Shown here: in pieces, positions 8,498-15,429 of the stretch
Layout of the letters: every line of letters begins with the position of its first letter
How positions within the stretch are numbered: the first letter of the stretch is position 1
Notes under the pieces: generated by a model
The model's database searches: none
What the model saw: only the letters and a program-made list of their open reading frames with translations
What the model was told of the DNA's origin: nothing
Position numbers and translations under genes: made by a program
DNA from: an uncultured virus (IMG/VR IMGVR_UViG_3300028564_000002)
Taxonomy: Duplodnaviria; Heunggongvirae; Uroviricota; Caudoviricetes
Virus record (IMG/VR): IMGVR_UViG_3300028564_000002
Strand: one strand, 5' to 3'
DNA length: 20,000 nucleotides

Positions 8498-9424
8498 TTG
8501 ATGATGTTAAAAAAGTATGTTGATATCGAGCGTCTTAAGGATAAGTACGCTGAGGCTTTCAAGGCAGGAGAGCATATTACAATCACAGAGAAGATTGATG
8601 GTGCAAATGCATCCATCTCTGCAAACGAGGATGGCACACTTTCTTGTTTCTCAAGAAGACAGGAGCTGAGTGCTGAGAACGGTCTTCAGGGTTTCTACAA
8701 CTACGTTCAGACTCTTGACCCAACTATTATCTCAGCTACACTTGGCACAAGATACATCTTTTTCGGTGAGTGGAATTGTAAGCATACAATCGTATACCCT
8801 GAGAGCCGCCTTAAGCAGTTCTACGTATTCGATGTATGGGACACTGAGATTGAGCAGTACCTCCCTTGGGAGCAGACTAAGCAGATGGCAGAGTTCTGCG
8901 GTCTGAAGATGGTTCCGCTCTTCTACGACGGTCCTTTCACATCTTGGGAGGATATCTACAAGTTCGTAGGTAAGACTGAGATGGAGGGTAGTCCTACTGG
9001 TGAGGGTATCGTCATCAAGTCACAGGACCGTCTTGACAATAAGTCAAGCAGAACACCTGCATACGTAAAGATTGTCGCAAAGGAGTTCTCTGAGGTTCAC
9101 CAGTCTAAGCCACAGAAGGAGATTGACCCAGAGAAGCTTGCCAAGAAGCAGGCTGATGAGGCTCTCGCTGCAACAATCGTAACTGAACGAAGGGCGGAAA
9201 AAACTTTGGAAAAACTTATTGACGATACTCTTTTAAAACCTGACTGGGATGAGCATGATTTAGGCTATCTTGCTAAAACCGCACCTAAATTGGTATATGA
9301 AGATTGTAGAAAAGAGGAGCCTGAAATTGTAAATGCCATTGAAAACTTTGGAAAAATTTGTGCTAAATTAACTATGGCTCATATCCGCAACATTCTTCTT
9401 AATAAAAGCTCAGAAATTATTTGA
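8498..9424 (+). CDS. ATP-dependent RNA ligase (Rnl2-like family)
   Basis: Nucleotidyltransferase motifs I EKIDG, Ia SRR, III FFGEW, IIIa FYVFDV, IV EGIVIK and V YVKIV; no OB domain apparent. Confidence 0.88.
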   Translation: MMMLKKYVDIERLKDKYAEAFKAGEHITITEKIDGANASISANEDGTLSCFSRRQELSAENGLQGFYNYVQTLDPTIISATLGTRYIFFGEWNCKHTIVYPESRLKQFYVFDVWDTEIEQYLPWEQTKQMAEFCGLKMVPLFYDGPFTSWEDIYKFVGKTEMEGSPTGEGIVIKSQDRLDNKSSRTPAYVKIVAKEFSEVHQSKPQKEIDPEKLAKKQADEALAATIVTERRAEKTLEKLIDDTLLKPDWDEHDLGYLAKTAPKLVYEDCRKEEPEIVNAIENFGKICAKLTMAHIRNILLNKSSEII

Positions 9425-9466
9425 GGATAAAATAATAATTTCTACATCTTTATTGAGGTGATAAGA

Positions 9467-10381
9467 ATGGGAAAATTTATTGATTTGACTGGATAGATAT
9501 TTGGCGATTTAACTGTCATTGAAAGAGATACAACTGTTGCCGCAAGAGAAGCATATTGGAAATGTCGCTGTAGTTGCGGAAATATAATTTCGACAAGAGG
9601 GAGCACCCTTAGAGGTGGAAAAGCTACTTCCTGTGGATGTATGTCTGGTAAGAAAGCTGGCGAAAAAATGACAAAAGATTTAACTGGTTAGACTTTTGGC
9701 GAACTAACAGTTTTATAGAAAGATGAAACTAACACTCAAAAAGGAGCATTTTGGATTTGTAAATGTTCTTGTGGGACAATAAAAACTATAAATGGTTCAT
9801 CTCTTCGCCGCGGTGCCACCAAGAGTTGTGGATGTAAGTCTGCGCTTTTTGAAAGTCAAAAATATTATAAAGAAGATTTAAGCGGTGAAGTTTTTGGACG
9901 TTGGTAGGTTATAAAAAGAGATGAGGAAAATCATTTAGGACAAGGGGCTTATTGGCTTTGTCAATGTTCTTGTGGGACAGCGAAATCAGTAAGAGAAACA
10001 AACCTTAAAAACGGAAAGAGCTTATCTTGTGGATGTTTACAATCTCGTGGCGAATGGCTGATTTCTAATTGTTTAAAAGAACTTGGCTATGATTATAAAT
10101 CTTAGTATAGTTTCCCTGAGCTGTTAGGAGATTATCTTCCATTACGATTTGATTTTGCTATATTTGATAATGATACTATTTTAGCTTTAATAGAATATTA
10201 GGGAGAACAGCATTATCAAAACAGAGAATTTTTTGAAACGCATTAGTCTTTTGAAAAAAGGCAAGAATATGATTAGAGAAAAAGAGATTATTGTAAAAAT
10301 AATAATTTAACTTTAATTGAAATTCCGTATTGGGATTATAATAAAATTAACAAAGAGTATATTTCACATCTTATTAAGTAA
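9467..10381 (+). CDS. Putative free-standing homing endonuclease: three DL(T/S)G..FG...W.C.CSCG...SCGC repeats plus a Vsr/DUF559-like nuclease domain (304 aa, 8 in-frame TAG); absent from the ORF track
   Basis: GAGGTGA RBS; ATG 9467 to TAA 10381 broken only by TAG at 9494, 9689, 9716, 9905, 10103, 10199, 10244 and 10274. C-terminus SRGE...LRFDFAI...IEY(Q)GEQHY...D..KRDYC....LIEIPYW. Confidence 0.88.
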
Positions 10382-10398
10382 GGAGGAAGAAATAATCG

Positions 10399-10544
10399 AC
10401 CTCGGTGTAATCGCAAAGCATCTCCCTCGTGCAGTTTACAATGACTGTGTAAAGGAGGAATCCGAGACAGTTGAGCAGATTGAGAACTTCGGCAAGATTT
10501 GCGGCGCTCTCTCAATGAAGCTTGCAAGAGGTCTTATCAAGTGA
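10399..10544 (+). pseudogene. Orphaned duplicate of the RNA ligase 3' end
   Basis: DLGVIAKHLPRAVYNDCVKEESETVEQIENFGKICG aligns with the ligase tail DLGYLAKTAPKLVYEDCRKEEPEIVNAIENFGKICA. Confidence 0.85.
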
Positions 10545-10648
10545 TATTTGACGTAGACATTGCATTAGAATTAAAAGAATAGTTTGAGAAGGAGTTACTT
10601 GCCAACGCTATAGAACTCCTTCCTCCTACAAATAAAACAACAAATACT

Positions 10649-11269
10649 ATGGAGGAAAAAAGTATGACAAATGATTTCATGAAGGGTATGTTCGGTGCAC
10701 TCGGTAAGGGTATGTGCAAGATAACATTGGATGGCGGCATCGCTGTAAAGACTTCTGACGGATATAAGACTTATGATAAGACAAGCGGTTCTTTTATAAA
10801 TTGTGATAGCTTCTGCTTTGGCGGACTTGACGAAATGTTTTTCGTAGTTCCTACTAACGCAGTTGCAGAGGGCGATATAATTTTTGCTAAGGGTAAGCCT
10901 CGTTATGTTCTCAAGGTGGATACTAATACTATCACTGTAATCAACTACGAAAATGCTACGGTAGAGACTATCCTTCCTGAGCGTCACATTTTTATGGGTA
11001 ATACCTACTTCTACGGCAAGATTGTATCTATGTTCGGCAATGGCGACAATCTTACAGGCGGAGCTGGAGCACAGAACATCATGAAGTACATGATGATGAG
11101 CCAGATGTGCAAGAACATGGGCGGCGGAGATATGAACCCTATGATGATGATGATGTTTATGAACGGCGGCGGATTTGGAGATGTGTTCAATAACATTTTC
11201 AGTGCCATGACACCTCCAACTCTTGCACCTAAGACAACTGAGACTGAGACTGATAAGGAGGATAAGTAA
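10649..11269 (+). CDS. Hypothetical protein with Met/Gly-rich tail (start may be GTG 10541 through a TAG, or ATG 10664)
   Basis: Long ORF with phage-typical codons; upstream frame open to GTG 10541 except for one TAG. Confidence 0.8.
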   Translation: MEEKSMTNDFMKGMFGALGKGMCKITLDGGIAVKTSDGYKTYDKTSGSFINCDSFCFGGLDEMFFVVPTNAVAEGDIIFAKGKPRYVLKVDTNTITVINYENATVETILPERHIFMGNTYFYGKIVSMFGNGDNLTGGAGAQNIMKYMMMSQMCKNMGGGDMNPMMMMMFMNGGGFGDVFNNIFSAMTPPTLAPKTTETETDKEDK

Positions 11270-11271
11270 TT

Positions 11272-11400
11272 ATGGGTATGCCAAGTTTTACAGATAAGGA
11301 CTTCACAACTTATAGCACAGAATCGCTGTTTCATGGCGACGAAAACATGGAAGCTGAAATGGTCTATGCAGACCATGATGATGAGGAGATAACTGACTAA
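11272..11400 (+). CDS. 42-aa acidic peptide resembling the N-terminus of the next gene
   Basis: AAGGAGG RBS; MGMPSFTDKDFTTYS...; TAA overlaps ATG 11400. Confidence 0.55.
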   Translation: MGMPSFTDKDFTTYSTESLFHGDENMEAEMVYADHDDEEITD

Positions 11401-12269
11401 TGGGTGGCGGAAGTTGGACAACTGAAAATTTCGTAAATTATTCTAAAAGTCTCAGCAGAGGTTTATCTGCTGACGGCTCAGTAAATATAAAGAATTGTTC
11501 TGCGCAGGCAGTTTATACTGCCCGCTGGCTTGACCCTGTTCTTGACCCTAAGAATAAGATAAGAGAGTGTTGCGATTCAGCAGAGCATCCTAATACTATC
11601 CCTGTAATTCTTGCTCTTGACGTAACTGGCTCAATGGGTCGTTCTGCTGTCGAGGTAGCATCTGAACTTAACAACATTATGACAGAACTTTACAAGGACA
11701 TGACAGACGTTGAGTTCATGATTATGGGTATCGGTGACTGTGCATATGACGATGCTCCGCTTCAGGTATCACAGTTTGAATCTGATATTCGTATTGCAGA
11801 ACAGCTTGATAAACTCTATTTCGAGGGCGGCGGTGGAGGAAATTCTTTCGAGTCATATACAGCCGCTTGGCAGTTTGCAAATGACAATACAAAACTCGAC
11901 TGTTGGAAGAGAGGCAAGAAGGGTATTATCATTACTATGGGTGACGAGAATCTGAACCCATATCTTGCTACGGGTTATGACGAAGCCGTTGGCAGAGAAG
12001 GTAAGGATACTCCTGTCCTTTACAAGGAAGTAACTCAGAAGTATGATGTTTACCACATTAACGTAAAGCACGACGGCTACAACAGAGTAGATAAGCATAC
12101 ATGGACAGACGTAATCGGTGAAGACAACTACTTTGAAAGTGAAGTAAAGGGAATAGCACAGCTTATTCCTAATATTATCAGAGAGCATGAAGGAGCAACT
12201 TCAATAGCCGTTCCAGTAGATTGTGCTACTGATGTAAGTTTTGACGAGAACGGCGCAATAGTCTGGTAA
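11400..12269 (+). CDS. vWA-domain protein
   Basis: MIDAS-like LALDVTGSM, GIGD, LQVSQFE, GGGGN..ESY, MGDE. Confidence 0.85.
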   Translation: MGGGSWTTENFVNYSKSLSRGLSADGSVNIKNCSAQAVYTARWLDPVLDPKNKIRECCDSAEHPNTIPVILALDVTGSMGRSAVEVASELNNIMTELYKDMTDVEFMIMGIGDCAYDDAPLQVSQFESDIRIAEQLDKLYFEGGGGGNSFESYTAAWQFANDNTKLDCWKRGKKGIIITMGDENLNPYLATGYDEAVGREGKDTPVLYKEVTQKYDVYHINVKHDGYNRVDKHTWTDVIGEDNYFESEVKGIAQLIPNIIREHEGATSIAVPVDCATDVSFDENGAIVW

Positions 12270-12281
12270 AGGAGAATATAA

Positions 12282-13430
12282 ATGGCGGAAATAAAAATCG
12301 TATCAGGTCTTAACTATGGTGACGAATCTAAAGGACTCGTTGCCAATGCAGTATCAACTCCGACCTGTCTTAATATCTTACCCTCAAACTCTTGTCAGAG
12401 GGCACATACTGTTGTTCATAATGGTGTAAGAAGAGTTTTCCGTCACTTTGGTAGCGGTACTCTTAAAGGTGCCGCTACATATTTTTCTGAAGAGTTTATG
12501 GTAAATCCTGCTATGTTCAGACGTGAATGGGAAGAGCTTGAAGCTATGGGAATTACTCCCAAAGTCTATGCAAAAATAGGCGGTGTTATGGTATCTCCTG
12601 TTGATATGTTTGCCAACATAAATGTTGAGGGGCGCCGCGGCGATAATTCTCATTCATCTACAGGATGCGGCGTTTGGGAATCATTAAATCGTCATAGGGT
12701 TTGTACTGAAATGGCAGGTACACCTCACTATCATTTTGATACTTTAATCAAATATTATGAGGATGTTCTTAGGGATAAAGATGGTACACTGCCAGAGGAT
12801 ATTACTGATTTTCTTCATGGAGAATATCTCGAACAAAATATTGACGAAGATTTCCACTGGTTTTATGACCATATTACCTTGATTAAGAGCGACGAGGAAG
12901 AAAAAGCACTTCTCCATTCCTATCCTCTTCTTGTCTTTGAAAATGGACAGGGACTTCTTCTTGCGGATGACCATAGCTATGACTATGAACACAATACTCC
13001 TGCATATGTCGGTGCACGTGTTCCTTCTAAAATTATAACCGAAAATTTCGAGCAGAATGAAGTTGACATTGAGGCTCTCTATGTAACTCGTTCATACCTT
13101 ACTCGTCATGGCAAGGGACAAATAGGTCAGACTTCTAATCTTGAATGTAAGAAGGAAGATATCAATCCCGATATGGTTGACCTTACAAACGTTCCTAACC
13201 CTTATCAGGGCACTTTACGTTACGGCAAATTCGACAAGCGTGAAGCTGATGCCGCAGTAGCGAGAGCTATCAGAGACTCAAAGTACTTCTCTATGAAGGG
13301 ATGGAAAGCAACTCCATCACTTGTTGTAACTCACATCAACGAGTTCGCAGGACCAGAGATACTTACGGCGGCGAAGGGTAACATCAAGCTTTACACTTCT
13401 GATAATGAAGAGTCTATAAATTTAAAATAA
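12282..13430 (+). CDS. Adenylosuccinate synthetase-like protein (divergent PurA family)
   Basis: GLNYGDESKG, AHTV, HFGSG, STGCG, FENGQGLLL, VTRSYLTRHG.G, TN.PN.YQG.LRYG. Confidence 0.85.
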   Translation: MAEIKIVSGLNYGDESKGLVANAVSTPTCLNILPSNSCQRAHTVVHNGVRRVFRHFGSGTLKGAATYFSEEFMVNPAMFRREWEELEAMGITPKVYAKIGGVMVSPVDMFANINVEGRRGDNSHSSTGCGVWESLNRHRVCTEMAGTPHYHFDTLIKYYEDVLRDKDGTLPEDITDFLHGEYLEQNIDEDFHWFYDHITLIKSDEEEKALLHSYPLLVFENGQGLLLADDHSYDYEHNTPAYVGARVPSKIITENFEQNEVDIEALYVTRSYLTRHGKGQIGQTSNLECKKEDINPDMVDLTNVPNPYQGTLRYGKFDKREADAAVARAIRDSKYFSMKGWKATPSLVVTHINEFAGPEILTAAKGNIKLYTSDNEESINLK

Positions 13431-13437
13431 TAAAAAT

Positions 13438-13466
13438 TTGACTTTTCTGAAAAATAATAGTATAAT
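13438..13466 (+). promoter_or_regulatory. Sigma70/SigA-type promoter
   Basis: TTGACT-17-TATAAT. Confidence 0.85.
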
Positions 13467-13555
13467 ATATATAGAAAGTTAAGAGATTAAGTAATTTAAT
13501 AATTGATGATTTGATTTTATCAAAAACAACTTATTTATGGAAGGAGTGATGCTAT

Positions 13556-14476
13556 ATGATGCCAATTTTATATATGATGATTGGCGTTCCTTAACCAGGC
13601 TCTGGTAAGTCATTCATTGCTCGTGACCTTGGTTGCCCTATTGTCTCCTCAGATGATATCCGAGCAGAATTGTTCGGTTCTGAGGACGACCAGTCTCATA
13701 ATGGCGAGGTATTCAACGAGCTTCATAAGCGTATAAAGAGCTACCTTGCGAATGGGCAGTCTTGTGTTTATGACGCAACGAATTTATCTCGTAAGCGTAG
13801 AAAGAATTTTTTAAAGGAACTTCCTAAGGACGTTAAGAAGATTGCTGTAGTAGCGGCTACGGAAATCGACGTTATCTTAGAGCAGAACGCTAATCGTATG
13901 CGTCACGTTCCTGTTGATGTTATCATGAGAATGTTTAAGACTATGACTCTTCCTCGTCTTGACGAGGGCTGGAACTCAATTTGTCTTATCCCTAATCCTA
14001 AGAACAAGACAACTCTTGGTGAGTATTTGTATGACTGCTACGGTGTAGACCATGACAATCCTCACCACTCTGCAAACATCTTCGACCACATGATTGAAGC
14101 AGGAGCATATGCAAATGCACACGCAGATGAAAAGGGTCTTGACAGAGACCAGAAGCATCTTGCTCGCACTGCCGCCCTGTTCCATGATATTGGCAAGCCT
14201 ATTGTAAAGTCTCGTATGAAGGCTAACGGTCAGCTTGATGATAAGTCTCACTACTACAATCATGCCGAAATCGGAGCATACATGATTGCTTGCTGTGTAG
14301 GACAGTTCTCTGAAAAGCAGTATGAGTTTTACAAGAAGTTAATTGTTCTTGTTCAGTGGCATATGGATAGCTATGCTAACCCTAACCACTACCTTGACGA
14401 TTTTGAGACATCTTACGGCGGCGAAATGAGAAAGGTTCTCGAACTGGTTCATGAAGCCGATATGCACGCTCACTAA
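13556..14476 (+). CDS. Polynucleotide kinase-like P-loop domain fused to an HD domain; in-frame TAA at 13592-13594 inside Walker A
   Basis: AAGGAG RBS; MMPILYMMIGVP*PGSGKS...SSDDIRAEL...YDATNL..KRR; HD part NPHH...DH...LFHDIGKP...YNH..IGAY...HM...AD. Confidence 0.8.
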
Positions 14477-14485
14477 GGAGGATAT

Positions 14486-14659
14486 ATGTTTATACTTTTG
14501 ATACTTTTAAGTCTTGCCAATGCTATCGTATGTATGGGCTTTATTGTTGCGGAGTTTAAAGACAGAAAGACTCCAAGAAAAGGCAGGGTTATTTTTGAAG
14601 GTTTCAATATAATTTACTACATATGGTTTGCGGCATATGTTTATTTTAAATTAATTTGA
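14486..14659 (+). CDS. Small two-TM membrane protein (57 aa)
   Basis: AAGGAGG RBS; two hydrophobic segments around a basic loop KDRKTPRKGR. Confidence 0.7.
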   Translation: MFILLILLSLANAIVCMGFIVAEFKDRKTPRKGRVIFEGFNIIYYIWFAAYVYFKLI

Positions 14660-14668
14660 GTTAAAAAT

Positions 14669-14697
14669 TTGACTTTTTTCTAAATTTATGATATAAT
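14669..14697 (+). promoter_or_regulatory. Sigma70/SigA-type promoter upstream of the RNA cluster
   Basis: TTGACT-17-TATAAT with extended -10 TG; no RBS/ORF follows. Confidence 0.85.
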
Positions 14698-14736
14698 TAT
14701 TATAGAAACGGTGAGAGAATATTACATTTAATTATC

Positions 14737-14960
14737 GTTTCCACTTCTTAAAATTTAGGGGTCAGCCCTAATACAATAGCTTGGAAACAAGAGTGTATGG
14801 CGAAAGTATGAGATACGAACTTGTTCGGCAATTCAGTCCGACAGGTCTCGTATCGAAATGCTTCAATGGGTCGCCAAGTTCCTTTGGGAATGTGGGAAGA
14901 AAACAGGTGGTGTCGCAAAGGGTAGCTCCCTCCACCTGTTAAGACCACTTTAAAGCGACA
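14737..14960 (+). ncRNA. Unidentified structured RNA (nested stems and a 3' pseudoknot)
   Basis: GTTTCCA/TGGAAAC, TTAGGG/CCCTAA, TGGCGA/TCGCCA, GATACGA/TCGTATC, AACAGGTGG/CCACCTGTT crossed by TGTCGC/GCGACA; GC-richer than the intergenic background. Confidence 0.55.
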
Positions 14961-14965
14961 TTAAT

Positions 14966-15058
14966 GCGGTATTGGTGTAATGGTAACATATCTGAAATGT
15001 CGGGTTCGACCCCGCATCCGAACAGAGGTTGCGAGTTCGACTCTCGTATACCGCTCCA
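14966..15058 (+). tRNA. tRNA-Gly-like RNA (93 nt) with a 19-nt insertion in the anticodon loop
   Basis: Acceptor GCGGTAT/ATACCGC, T73, CCA; D arm GTGT-AATGGTA-ACAT; T arm GCGAG-TTCGACT-CTCGT; 4-nt variable loop; TCC at 15017-15019 in anticodon register from the 3' side. Confidence 0.75.
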
Positions 15059-15062
15059 TTAT

Positions 15063-15143
15063 GAGGCGCACACAGCAACTTATAAACAAAAGAAAATGTT
15101 TTTAATTTGGTGAAAAACTCTATCTTTATTTATATGCGTCTTG
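15063..15143 (+). ncRNA. CACAGCAA stem RNA, copy 1
   Basis: GAGGCGCA/TGCGTCTT closing stem, CACAGCAA, AT-rich inner hairpin; same architecture as 17950..18013. Confidence 0.6.
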
Positions 15144-15156
15144 TGAATTCATATTT

Positions 15157-15242
15157 GGCGTACCTACCACGCCTCTGCCAGAACTTAAGCAGGATGGTCG
15201 CGACATCGTGTGAGGAGTCAGGTTAAGCGTACCACGGTAGGT
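15157..15242 (+). ncRNA. Unidentified GC-rich structured RNA, possible pseudoknot
   Basis: GGCGT/ACGCC hairpin whose 7-nt loop ACCTACC complements GGTAGGT (15236-15242); internal TCTGC/GCAGG, GATG/CATC and CGTG/CACG stems. Confidence 0.5.
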
Positions 15243-15303
15243 CTTTAAACCCATCTTATTTTAAGATTTGGAGAATAACTTGTGGGGGTTCATTCTCCAA
15301 TAT

Positions 15304-15380
15304 CTTCCATTAGTCCAACTGGTAGAGACACATAGCTCAAACCTATGACAGTCTCGGTTCGAATCCGAGATGGAAGACCA
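15304..15380 (+). tRNA. tRNA-Leu(CAA) with short variable loop
   Basis: CTTCCAT/ATGGAAG-A-CCA; anticodon arm CATAG-CTCAAAC-CTATG; T arm CTCGG-TTCGAAT-CCGAG. Confidence 0.9.
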
Positions 15381-15429
15381 ATTCTAAAAAGTTAGATTTA
15401 TGAAGACAATATGTAATAATACAATTTAT

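Noticed and set aside
9185..10398. Group I intron in the RNA ligase
   Set aside because: The segment is almost entirely coding, with no room for a ribozyme core, and joining the flanks would delete about 20 aa present in the other tail.
10317..10544. 75-aa ORF as an independent gene
   Set aside because: Its 5' part overlaps the endonuclease in another frame, and its 3' part is the orphaned ligase tail.
12282..13430. PurZ / Z-genome system
   Set aside because: The motif is GDESKG with Asp rather than the Ser of PurZ, and no datZ/mazZ-like neighbour is recognisable; the nearby HD domain is fused to a Pnk-type kinase.
14486..14659. Holin
   Set aside because: Two TM segments fit, but there is no adjacent endolysin and the context is not a lysis module.
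14804..14860. Hammerhead ribozyme (ATGA-stem-GAAA)
   Set aside because: The 5' core reads AGTATGA rather than CTGANGA, and stems I and III cannot be assigned.
15304..15380. Opal suppressor or Sec tRNA from the TCA in the loop
   Set aside because: The 5-bp stem fixes the loop as CT-CAA-AC, so the anticodon is CAA.
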